Source: the human T2T-CHM13v2.0 reference genome, Homo sapiens. Taken from it: a DNA stretch of 64,000 bases. Below are positions 1-19,366 of this stretch, in pieces (the stretch's first letter is position 1; each line of letters starts with the position of its first letter). The translations under genes and the position numbers were made by a program. The notes beneath the pieces are model-generated. The model saw only the letters and a list, made by a program, of their open reading frames with translations, was not told the origin of the DNA and made no database searches. The stretch lies in the NCBI RefSeq assembly GCF_009914755.1, contig NC_060941.1; one strand, 5' to 3'.

Positions 1-853
1 CACCTGCTTCCTCCATCCCACACTGTTTTTTGAAAACTCATCTTTTGGCCCCACCTCTACACAAATGACTGAATCTCTTGTTCTCAGCTGCCTGCTGGAT
101 AATTTAAGTGTCTTCCCGTTACCTCAACATTGGCCAGACAAAAATCCACCTGGGCACCCTGTTCTCTTTATCGGTGCTATTTCTGCAGGCAACTGGCCTG
201 GCTCCCCTTTCCCCTCTCCTTGATCTCCCTCTGCACTCGCATCCACCTGTCCTCTCCATCCTGATGGTCACTACCCACATCCGAGCTCCCCTCCTCCTGG
301 GGTCAGTGCTGGGGCATGTTGCCCCAGTCCCTATTTCTAGCATCTCCCCTCTCCAACCCACCCTAAACACCACTGCCCACACCGCGTGCCCACAGCACGT
401 TTCATCACGGCCTTCTCCAGCTTCCCACCTCATACTCCTTAGCCTGGCTTAGTCTGGCTTCTGGTCCAACTGTCCCCTAGGAATTGCCTGACTCCTCTAC
501 CTCAGCCTCTGCCCAGTCTGTCTTGCCCCTGAGGACCGGTCCTTCCTCTCCCTCCTGCTTGTCTGAGACCTGGCCCTCCTCCAAAGCTCGTGACACCCCA
601 CCTCCCCAATCCCTCCTGGGCTGTCTCTGTCCTCAGGGACTTCCTCAGTCCTGGAGCTTCTGCAGACTGGCCCAGTCTGTCTCTCCAGCTACACTGCAAG
701 GCCTTCGAATAGAGACTTGGCGCATTTCCTCCTTTCGCGTCTCCCAGGTGCCTTAGCCCAGTGCCTTTGCAGATGGTGCTCAGTAAATTTTGATAAGGGG
801 CTGAGCTTTCTCAAAAGCCAGAGACTGGGAGCAGAAATCCTGAGTCCTCTCAC

Positions 854-997
854 CTGGATGACCATGGGCAAGAGTTTCCCATCAGGCTGCAATTTCAGCA
901 TGACTAGAGGGGCAGCCAGGTGCTGCTGGCTACAGAGAATGACGTTGGCCTTGATCCCATCCAGCAGGGAGAAGTCAGCTTCGAACAGTGTGCCTCC
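854..997 (-). CDS. ALOX15: ALOX15 exon 7 ([18 protein letters not shown]...LLPMVIQ, 144 nt)
   Basis: CAG acceptor; donor CAG|GTGAG. Confidence 0.96.
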
Positions 998-3900
998 CTG
1001 GGTGGGGGAAGAGGTCAAGGGCTGCTATCAACATAAAGCATCTTCTTCCTACTCGGATTCCTCCAAGGGGGAAGAGAGTGGAGCTAACTCGTCTCCATCA
1101 TCTACTTTATACCAGGTAATGGATCATGTGCTTACTTCCTCATATCATTTTTTTTTTTAATCAGGGTCTTACCGTGCTGCCCAGGCTGGAGTGCGTGGCA
1201 GGATCACCACGGCTCACTGCAGCCTTGACTTCCTTGGGCCCAGGTGATCCTCCCACCTCAGCCTCCCAAGTAGCTGGGACTACAGGTGCATGCCACTACA
1301 CCAAAGATTACAGGTGATAATTTTTGTACTTTTGTAGAGACAGGGTTTCACCACGTTGCCTAGGCTGGTCTCCAACTCCTGGGCTCAGGTGATCCTCCTG
1401 CAGCCTCCCAAAGTGCTGGGATTACAGGTGTGAGTCACTGTGCTCAGCCTTATAATTTTTATACCTAGTTGAATGAGCCTCAATTTTACAGAAGAGGAAA
1501 CAGATAATCAGAGAGGTTGGGTATTTTGCCTGAGGTCACACAGCTTACAAATAGCAGAACCAGGATTCACATCCAAGCCTATCTGCCCTTAATCCCATGA
1601 ATTTCCTCTCTGTTGTTCCATATCGCCTCCTGATGAACAGCCACAGCACTCTGATCCTGATTCTCTTACTCTGCACACTCCCCGAATCCCTAGCACCAGG
1701 GGCCAGTCACATTTCTTCATTTGACCCTGTTTCTATCAACCATTCCACCTTGCACGCCCTCCCTCCGCAGCTACTCTCGTGTAGGAAGGAGGCCGAGCAG
1801 CTGAACTTCTCCAGGGTCCCTCAGGACCTCTCCTGCAGAATCCGTCCTTGCTGGCTGGCAGCAAGCCAGGCCCACAGTGGGTCCCGCAGCAGCATCATTG
1901 GCACTAGGCCACCCCACTTCACTGCTGAGCTTCCTCAGGGCTCTGATGTCCATACCTCCAGCTCCTTCTCCAGCTGGGCCTGCAGTTCCTCCATGCCTGG
2001 AGGAAACACTAGGCGAGCAGGAAGGTGAGCAGAGCGCCTCAGCACCACGGGGTTGGCGCCATTAAGAAACTGGTACCCAAATAAGGCATCTTCCTTCCAG
2101 GAGTCCCGCACGCGCTCTGGGGAAGGCAGTTGTTGAGCAAGTTGTGGGATCTGAGCTCTTGGTCCTTCCAACCCCACCAACCATGCCCCCTTGACTCCAG
2201 CCCACCAGAGGGACCCAAGTCTCTGGTCTCCCCACCCTGCTTCTTTCAATTCCCCTGGGTTGGGTGGGATCTGGGTGGGATCTGGGGGGTTGGGAGACAT
2301 ACTGGGGTGGGGGACTGACCAGCCAGCTTGCTCTGACCACACCAGAAAATCCGGTTGAAGTCATCTAGATCCTTCCAGCAAGTCAGAACATTTAGAGAGT
2401 CTTTGATAGCGAGGTCGGCCAGCCTTCAGGGCAGGATGGGGCAAAGGGTTTGAGCATCATTCTGAGGCTCTAACATGACGACCACAGGCACCGATCCTGG
2501 GCCAGTCCAATGCAGTGCAGCCCATAAGCCCCTTGGCTTCCACTAGACCAGGACACCTCCCTCTCACCCAGCCTCCCCTTGCTCTCACCCCTTGGCCAGC
2601 GAAACCTCAAAGTCAACTCTCTTGTCTTCCAGAAATCGCTCATCCACAGGGAGGTCATATAGTTTGGCCCCAGCCATATTCAGAATTAACCCGTCCTTCC
2701 AGTTTCCCCACCTGTGGGGCAGGAAGGAAATCAAGTATGGGTGCTGGAAGCATCAGCAGCTCACGTGGGGTCAGGGGAGGAGGGCTCACCGGTACAACTT
2801 CCTTCTCTCTTCCAGCTCTTCTTCCCGGTGTTTCTGGAACAGGCCCTGAGGGTCCTCGCCCACAGTGCGGCCTAGAAGGACAGAGGAGGACTTGGCCAGT
2901 GACTTTTGGTGAGCGCCTCTTCTTGTCTCTGCCAGGAGAGCCTCAGCACCCCGTCCTTCTGTGTGGCCTCTGCCCCTTCAGCATCACGCCCCTCCCCCAG
3001 GCTCCAGCCACTTTGTGCCAGCTGCAGCCACCGCCCCTTCGACACCCCCAAAGACCCCGGCGCTCCAGGTTCCAGCACCCCCATCCTGCGCCCTCTTCTC
3101 CACACGCGCATCCCCCCAGCTTCTCACACAGCCCAGAGGCCTCCTGACACCCTCAGCCCCACGCTTACCGGTGCCTTCAGGCAGGCTCAGGACGCCGTTG
3201 CCCTCCACCCAGCGGTAACAAGGGAACCTGACCTCGTCCCCGGCTCCGGGGCCCTGCACAGAGATCCAGTTGCAGAACCAGGCGTCGTCCTTAAGGAGGT
3301 GCCGTTTGCGCAGTTTCACAAACAGCAGCGGCCCCAGATACTCCGGTACTTCCACCTTGAGTTCTGTCTCCTGCGGGCGACAGAAGAGGCTCAGCCCCGG
3401 TGGGGCCTGGCGGGAGGGGCACCCGGCTGAGCCCTGCTCCCTCCAGCGCCCACGCCCTTCCTCGGAGCCTCTGAGAGGAGGAGACGTATCGGGGTGGGGG
3501 GACTGAGCCAGAGAGAGAGGGACCGCGCCGAGCAGGTGGCCCCAGGACTCGGTTCTGAGGGGACGGGGACGGCAGGTGGGAGGGTGCGCTCCTGCCTTCA
3601 CTTTCTCCTCCCTGTGGTCACTGACTGTGCCAAGCGCTGGGCTGAGCGCTGCCGCGCCCTGGACGAGCGCGCTGTGGAGCCCGGACGCGCTGGTGGCAAT
3701 TCCCGCTGTGCGACCCCCCCACCCCACCCCGCCCGAGGCTGAGGACCTGCAGGGGCCCCACCGGCCTGGGGACAACCTTCCCGGAGACCTGGAGGCGGAG
3801 AGGGCTCAGCCAGGGAGAGTGACAGAAAGGGAAGGCAGGGGAAAGGCGCGCAGAAAGAGAGCGGCGGGGAAGGGAGGGCGAGCAGCATCTTGGAGCTGGA

Positions 3901-5389
3901 GCTCAGAGCCCAGGTGTGGGGGGTCAGCAGGTCCGGAGGCTCTCGAAGGTGGCGCCAGGGGCTTTGGATTTGGTCCCGAGAACAAGCGGGAGCCGTTCGA
4001 ATGTGTTAAGCAGGGGGAGTGAATTAGGGAGAAATCATTCCGGCTTCAGAAGGGCTTGGAAGGTCTGCAGCAGAGGTGGCGAGGCCGCTGGAGGTTTGAA
4101 ATGGCTTTTAAAATAGAGAAACCGGGAGGACCGACGACCGCTCCGGCGACCGCAGTTTCCAGACACCAGAGCTGTGTGGAATGAGGGGCGCTCAGGAGCA
4201 TCCCCTTAATTCCAAGGAGATCGAGTAGCGGGAACATTTATTGAGCCTTTACTGTGTGTCACCAACTGCCCACCATAGGGAGGAAAAAAGGGAGGAGGGA
4301 GCGCGCCTTTCCACCTTCCGTGCCCCGTCCCCTCACCATGGAGTCGCGGGGCCACCTGCTCCGTGCGCATTTTCTCTTTCTGGCTCCCTTTGTCCCGCTT
4401 TCTCGGAAGCTCGGAGCAAGGGCGTGGAGTGCGGGGAGCAGGGCTCCGCAGGTTCAAGAGGACGCGGGCGGTCGGGGGCGGGACGGATATTGGGCAGGGA
4501 CGCGGGAGATGCTCAGGGTCTAGAACTGACTGCGCCGGATTCTTGTTTAGAGGGAGGTGAAGAGAGGAAGGAGGCGCGGGTGACACCGGGGGAGGCAGGA
4601 GGAGAGGGCTGGGAGGTGGGGAGAGGGGAGGACCTCATCCGGGCATGTTGCTTTGACGTTCCCTGAGACAGACATCCGGATTTGGGGATCTGGGAGAGAG
4701 CTAGAGCAGTGATGGGAATTTGGGCTTTCGCGGAAGAAAAAAAGTTAACAGGACCGGGTAGAACACCCGGTAGATATGACATGAGATATGACGGGAGGTG
4801 GGTCGGGAAATCGAGAGCGTTCTCCTGTCTTGACTCCCCATCCCTTCCCTCTCACCACCCACTCCACCCCAGGTGATAAAGCCTGAAAGGTAGAGATCCA
4901 ACAGCGCTAGCGGTTGAAACGGTTTTTAAAATAGAGAAAGCGAGAGGACCGACGGCGGCTCCAGTGACTGCTGAGTTTCCAGACAAGGGAGCTCTGTGCA
5001 ATGAGGGGCGCACAGGAGCATGCCCTCAATTCCAAGGAGATCGGGTAGCGGCAACATTTATTGAGCGCTTACTGTGTGCCACCGACTGCCCTAAAGCCCC
5101 CCACCCCCGTGGCCTCCGCGCGCTTTGAGCCCAATGCGCGGGCCCTTGGCAAAGAGAATCGGCCAGAGGCCGACGGGGGCGCATGTCCTCCCCGGTATTT
5201 GACTGACTCGGAGCCAGGGGCGCAGCCCACCCCGCCCGGCTCTGGGGAGCTCACCTTGCCCCGTGCGGGCCACAGTCGCTTCCCGAGCGCCGCCTCCCCG
5301 TGCTGGCCGACCAGCCACAGCTGCACCTGGTTGTTGGAACCGGCATAGAGCGAGGCCCCAGTGGACACGCGGATGCGGTAGAGACCCAT
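854..5389 (-). CDS. ALOX15: Arachidonate 15-lipoxygenase-1, 5' part (coding exons 1-7, 951 nt = 317 aa; gene continues past left edge)
   Basis: Joining the seven GT-AG exons listed below gives [32 protein letters not shown]...KLLPMVIQ, recognised as ALOX15: PLAT domain then lipoxygenase catalytic domain. Confidence 0.98.
1148..1450 (-). mobile_element. Alu (AluJ-like) in ALOX15 intron 6, followed by a MIR remnant to about 1590
   Basis: Poly-T then antisense Alu consensus. Confidence 0.9.
1956..2116 (-). CDS. ALOX15: ALOX15 exon 6 ([22 protein letters not shown]...EKELE, 161 nt)
   Basis: Lipoxygenase-conserved [17 protein letters not shown] motif; CAG acceptor; donor GAG|GTATG. Confidence 0.97.
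2320..2423 (-). CDS. ALOX15: ALOX15 exon 5 ([34 protein letters not shown], 104 nt)
   Basis: AAG acceptor; donor G|GTCAGT; phases match. Confidence 0.95.
2589..2711 (-). CDS. ALOX15: ALOX15 exon 4 ([11 protein letters not shown]...EVSLAK, 123 nt)
   Basis: CAG acceptor; donor GG|GTGAG; follows a 78-nt intron. Confidence 0.96.
2790..2871 (-). CDS. ALOX15: ALOX15 exon 3 ([26 protein letters not shown], 82 nt)
   Basis: TAG acceptor; donor CG|GTGAG; phases match neighbouring exons. Confidence 0.96.
3169..3370 (-). CDS. ALOX15: ALOX15 exon 2 ([13 protein letters not shown]...LPEGT, 202 nt; PLAT domain)
   Basis: CAG acceptor 3373-3371; donor G|GTAAG; conserved DAWFCNWI and FPCYRW motifs. Confidence 0.97.
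4093..5091. repeat. Dispersed direct duplication of about 180 bp in ALOX15 intron 1 (4093-4271 and 4912-5091)
   Basis: Shared TTTTAAAATAGAGAAA, GAGGACCGACG, AGTTTCCAGACA, ATGAGGGGCGC.CAGGAGCAT, AATTCCAAGGAGATCG, AACATTTATTGAGC..TTACTGTGTG. Confidence 0.9.
5255..5389 (-). CDS. ALOX15: ALOX15 coding exon 1 ([10 protein letters not shown]...WPARGK, 135 nt)
   Basis: ATG at 5389-5387 in context GCAAGATGG; donor AAG|GTGAG. Confidence 0.97.
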
Positions 5390-5440
5390 CTTGCTCAAAG
5401 ATGTTTCGCTCCTTCTGGTGGAGAAGAAGGGTGGACGAGC

Positions 5441-5467
5441 TAAATAACCCAGCCTGAGACCCCGCCC
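5441..5467 (-). promoter_or_regulatory. ALOX15 core promoter: TATA-like TTATTTA (5447-5441) and GC box GGGCGGGG (5467-5460)
   Basis: Motifs lie about 50-80 nt upstream of the ATG, in the expected order. Confidence 0.6.
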
Positions 5468-5624
5468 TCTCGGAGGTCGCTTGGGGTCGGAATGTGGGTG
5501 GCAGGTCTCCAATCAACTCCGCCTACCGCTGGGGCCCCCAGCTCCAAGGAGCAGAGCTTCAAGGGGCAGAATTCAGCCCCAGTCCAAAAGGCGGTGTCCT
5601 GGCGAGAGCAGGGAGTGGAAACCA

Positions 5625-5630
5625 CTATCT
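5625..5630 (-). promoter_or_regulatory. GATA site (AGATAG) about 240 nt upstream of the ALOX15 ATG
   Basis: WGATAR match; GATA6 repression of ALOX15 is established, but assignment to this site is inference. Confidence 0.4.
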
Positions 5631-5793
5631 TGACGGGAGGGAGAAAAAGAAAAGGATTTGGACCGAAAACACGCAGGAAGAGGGAATCAACGCCTGGTAC
5701 AGCAGGCAGGCGAGGTGGGGGTAGGAGTTATGCACGTGTGTACCACGGACTTTGGGCCAAGCCTGGGTGGCTGGGAAGCCAACCTCCATCTAA

Positions 5794-5844
5794 ACGCACG
5801 CGTGCACACACACACACACGCAAGGACACGCGCGCGCACACACA
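5794..5844. repeat. Alternating purine-pyrimidine tract (CA/CG mix)
   Basis: ACGCACGCGTGCACACACACACACACGCA and ACACGCGCGCGCACACACA. Confidence 0.85.
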
Positions 5845-6126
5845 AGCCTCACAAGTTGGATTGCAGGAGAGGGTGAAGTGGGCGAGGAGACCCAGTTTGC
5901 AGTGGCATTTGAGGAAGGTACATTCAGGCCACGGAATTCATTCGACCAGCTTTGCACACTTGCCTTCTCTGTGCCAGCCACTGGGACTCATTCCTTTTGA
6001 GCATAAAAGCCGCTGCCTCCCTGTTGTCTGCAGAATAAAAGTCCAAATGTTTCTGGCATTCAATGCCCTTGCTAACCTGACCTGCTCTCCTCACCTCTCA
6101 TCCCACTGCACCCTGGCATCTCCTGT

Positions 6127-6366
6127 GCTGGAGCCATGTGTTCCCCGGAACCCCCCCTCCCCCCGCCGCCCCTGCTGTTCTCTCAAAGAACTCACTTCTG
6201 GGTTAGTCTGGTCATGCTTCTAAACCCTAATTCGTCTCCAGTTTCTTTTTGGGCTGGAGCCATGTGTTCCCCAGAACCCCACCTGCTGTTCTCTCAAAAG
6301 AACTTGCTCCTGGATTAGTCTATTCATCTATTCATGCTTCTAAACCCTAGTTCACCTCCGGTTTCT
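6127..6366. repeat. Diverged tandem duplication of about 120 bp (6127-6246 and 6253-6366)
   Basis: Both copies read GCTGGAGCCATGTGTTCCCC.GAACCCC...CCTGCTGTTCTCTCAAA...TCATGCTTCTAAACCCTA.TTC...GTTTCT. Confidence 0.9.
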
Positions 6367-6372
6367 CAGGAA
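6141..6372. promoter_or_regulatory. Cluster of three STAT6-type TTC-N4-GAA elements (6141-6150, 6267-6276, 6363-6372)
   Basis: TTCCCCGGAA, TTCCCCAGAA, TTCTCAGGAA; ALOX15 is an established IL-4/IL-13-STAT6 target. Confidence 0.75.
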
Positions 6373-6427
6373 AGTCTTACCCGGTACTTTCACCCCCCAC
6401 CACCCCACCAGAGTGAATTAGCTTTCC

Positions 6428-8446
<2,019 letters not shown>

Positions 8447-8767
8447 TGAAATTCAGAAAAATCAAAATGTGGTGGGTAAAATTCATCTTCCATAGAAATG
8501 GCACAAACCCAGTAATTTTCTTGCAGATTAAAAGTGTGATTGAAGAGTTGGGAAGGCTTCCAAAAGTAATTCACAGTAACTTGTGGGTAGACTGAGTGAG
8601 GTTAGATTATGATGCAGTTGTGATGGGAGAGGAAAGACCCAGGCCATTTCTTCCCGTCTTGGATAGGGATATCTATGGTGGTTAGCCTATGCCTGTTCCA
8701 ACATTGTATGTTGGGGGTGGGGTCAGATGACTTTCTCTTTAGTTTACAGGTCTTCAGAAGAAGAGGA

Positions 8768-11891
<3,124 letters not shown>

Positions 11892-12744
11892 TCACTGAAA
11901 TGTAGGCCTGAGGGAAAGAAGCAAACGATCAGTGGAATTTTTTTCTGCCCAGTGTTAAAAATTGAAATTGACCTCCAAGCTGTCAATGCCTTCAACTCTA
12001 CCATTGCCCAACAATTCTCAAAAAGATACAGGGTTTGGACATCAGACTTCAGATAAACATACTCCCACAAGCAGGAGGAAAAACCACTCTGCCCGTGTGG
12101 GTTAAGGCTAGAGGAGCTTTAGATGAACAAAAGCACCAAATAATATGGAATGCAGTTTGGAAAACAAGGATCGGTTAGAGGAAGATGGTAATTTACAGAG
12201 GAGCTTCACTGGGAAAATTCAGACTTCAGAATAAGCTGAAGATCTTCCTGAATTCACACAAGAGAGGGAGAGGGTATCTTCTACCTTAGAAAATAAAATA
12301 AAACAGAGTTGTTCCTGGAGGAACCACCTTAGATTTTGGAGCAGAAATTGATGTGAATCTGGCTCAGCCTCTAAGGGCAAATTCTCAACAATCAAGATGT
12401 CAGGGAGTGGGGTTCAGTGGTCCTCCCACTTCTGATTTCCTAAGAACAAGCTGATTGGAGGCTGTTGGCGCCGAGAAGCTATAAGCAGAACTAGAAGCAG
12501 AGCAGGCTATATGATTGATTAGGGGTGCATATTTGCCTTTCTCAGTTGGTCCTAAGTGGAAGTGGAGACAGAAATGAAGAAATCTGGCAGTTATTGACCA
12601 AGCCCTTACTGTTTGAGGCCAATTGCTGTAGAGGATTTGTTTGGCTTCCTTCCAGGGCTGGTTGCTACAGAGGTTATGGGACAAAGGTCTGTGTTTATAT
12701 TTGATTCTGTCCATTGTCCTTTTGTATAGTCAGTCTCTCACTAG

Positions 12745-14735
<1,991 letters not shown>

Positions 14736-15066
14736 TTGGCCGGGTGCAGTGGCTCACGTCTGTAATACCAGCACTTTGGGAGACTGAGGCATGAAGGTGA
14801 CTTAACCCCAGGAGTTCGAGACCAGCCTGGCCAACATGGTGAAACTCCGTCTCTACTAAAAATATAAAAATTAGCTGGGCATGGTGGCGGGCACCTGTAA
14901 TCCGAGCTACTCAGGAGCTGAAGCAGGAGGATTGCTTGAACCCAGAAGGCGGAGGTTGCAGTGAGCCAAGATCATGCCATTGTACTCCAGCCTGGACAAC
15001 AGAGTGAGACTCTGTCTTAAAATAAATAATTAAAATCCTTTTTTTTAAAATTGGGATTGCATTGAA

Positions 15067-15068
<2 letters not shown>

Positions 15069-15104
<36 letters not shown>
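15069..15104. repeat. (TA)18 microsatellite
   Basis: Direct reading. Confidence 0.95.
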
Positions 15105-15122
<18 letters not shown>

Positions 15123-15131
15123 TTTTTTTGA

Positions 15132-15347
<216 letters not shown>

Positions 15348-15410
15348 TGATCCGCCCACCTCAGCCTCCCAAAGTGCTGGGATTACAGGCGTGAGCCACT
15401 GCGCCTGGCC

Positions 15411-16244
<834 letters not shown>

Positions 16245-17339
16245 CTAGGGGATAAGGCATACCAGCTGCAAACAGGGCAGACATCCACCCAGTGGCACTC
16301 CACTTTGTGGATGCCAAGAGATGTGTGGTGGCCGGGCATAGTGGCTCAAGCCTGTAATCCCAGCACTTTGGGAGGCCAAGGCGGGTGGATCATGAGGTCA
16401 GGAGATCAAGACCATCCTGGCTAACACGGTGAAACCCCGTCTCTACTAAAATTACAAAAAAATCAGCCAGGCGTGGTGGCAGGCACCTGCAGTCCCAGCT
16501 ACTCGGGAGGCTGAGGCAGGACAATGGCATGAACCCGGGAGGCGGAGCTTACAGTGAGCTGAGATTGCAGGGAAAAAAAAAAAAAAAAAAAAAACAAACA
16601 TGTGTGGAGCCCACTAGCTGAATCTAGTGTGAAAAAACAAACAAAAAACAGGCAGGATATACCAATAGCTCTCCAGGTCATCCTTTAACTGATTATTTTC
16701 CAGCCCCACCCAACATCAATTAGCCATATGTACTGATGGAAGTCATGTAGGTCGAGCACAGGAGACATCACAGAGAAAAGAGTGAGGAAATTTAACCAGT
16801 TGCTAAACAACCAGAAGGAACCAGGAAATAATCCCCCAAAAAAGGGCCTTAGGGAAGGATCCTGTCCAACCAACCCTTTTGGAGGAAATGAGAGGAGTAC
16901 TGGGCTTAATCATTGGCTGTAAGATGACGATGACTCCAGCCTTGGTCTAAATACACTGTCCATCATCTGGGTGAAGCGGAGGAAGACGACGTGAGTTCAA
17001 GAACTCCAGAATTCTTATTAAATCCCAAGTCTTTGATGTGGAAATAAAGTTTAGGAAATGGTTATGAAAGAAAAATGCCTTGTAGAAAACTTCTGAATAA
17101 TTTTAAATTAAGAGGAACAGTGGTTGAACTAGGTAAATCAAGAAGTATGAGTACATTTATGTTTACAGAAATAAAGATTGACTAAAATATGAAATACCAC
17201 AAAGCCAAAGAATGCAAGTAGGACAAATTTTGATTTTATCTTCGTCTTGAAATAAATTAAACATGGAAAATTCAATGAATTAGATTTCTTTTCTGTCTGA
17301 CTCTAATGAATAAAACCCATGTGTGTTATGTATGTGTAA

Positions 17340-17347
17340 TGTGTGTA

Positions 17348-17371
<24 letters not shown>
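17340..17371. repeat. (TG)n microsatellite
   Basis: Direct reading. Confidence 0.9.
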
Positions 17372-17378
<7 letters not shown>

Positions 17379-18466
17379 TTCTATTCAGGACATAAGTCAA
17401 GCTATTAAAAACAAATATTTACAATATTGGCTCAAACTGTGCCTGTTTTCAGAATGAAGTTATCAGGATTTTGGTCATTTGGAAGTAATAAGGTTATACT
17501 TGGCTATAATGTATTAAAAGCATTGCTGAGAGACTTGGAAAGAAATAAGGTTTTTTGGAAACCTCAGAACCTGAGAAAAGAGTTGGCAAACTGGAAGATT
17601 TTCTAGTGAAATTCCAAGTGATATGGTGTCATTTGAAAATGATACTTAATCCTGCAAACAATTTACATGGAATTAGTTGTTTTCAGTTCAGCTGCTTCAC
17701 TTTGAACTTAAAAGTGAAAGATAGGCCGGGCGTGGTGGCTCACACCTGTAATCCCAGCACTTTGGAAGGCTGAGGCGGGTAGCTCACCTGAGGTCAGGAG
17801 TTCGAGACCAGCCTGGCCAGCATGGTGAAACCCCCGTCTCTACTAAAAATACGAAAATTAACTGGACATGGTGACACATACCTGTAGTCACAGCTACTCA
17901 GGAGGCAGAGGTGAGAGAATTGCTTGAACCCGGAAGACGGAAGTTGCGTGAGCCGAGATCGTGCCATTGCACTCCAGCCTGGGCGACGGAGGGAGACTGT
18001 CTCAAAAAAAAAAAAAAAAAGGATGTAGTAAGAAGCTTTGACCACCCAAACCCACCCATGACTTGTGAATGTGTGTGCAATTTCGGAAACACCTGAGATT
18101 CAATATAAGGTAAACTGGGCCATAGATACCGCAGTAAGATTAAGAAAAACAAAATACTTGTAAATGTTCTAACTGAAATGTTGAACTGAAGACAGAGTAC
18201 GTTAACATAAAGAGGAGGCTAAAGAGCAAGAGTGTACCAGGTCAAACTGTCACCAGGATATCTGACAAATGTCGCTACCTGAAATGCCTGTGAAGAGACA
18301 GACGGGGAAGAGCCTTTGCAACTCTCTCCTTGGGGCAAACGGTAGGCTGTGGCTCAAAGATGAGTCAAGGAATAGGGTTGTGTGGAAGTCCCTACAGTCT
18401 GCCTCAAGCACAGAACACACAGTACATAAAATAAACACACGGAAGATTGGCCTCTGCCATTTTTTA

Positions 18467-18955
<489 letters not shown>

Positions 18956-18958
18956 TCA

Positions 18959-19235
<277 letters not shown>

Positions 19236-19366
19236 TTAAATATATAAACTCGTAAGAAAAAAGACAGTAGGAGAGATTACAACTGCAGATGAGATTTAAC
19301 AGATTTTGTCACCTGGAAGCAGCCAGGTGATAACCGACTTAACAGATTAGAAAATGATGAGAACGG

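Larger units (their letters stand above)
3050..5520. promoter_or_regulatory. CpG-island-like GC-rich region over ALOX15 exon 1, intron 1 and exon 2
   Basis: Visibly high GC and CpG density relative to the flanks; not computed. Confidence 0.7.

Noticed and set aside
2515-4666. Many 60-260-aa ORFs over ALOX15 introns 1-4
   Set aside because: Expected in GC-rich, stop-poor DNA; only the exon portions match a known protein
16900-18250. AT-rich non-Alu stretch that might be a decayed transposase or pseudogene
   Set aside because: No motif or frame I can recognise; needs Dfam and tblastx searches
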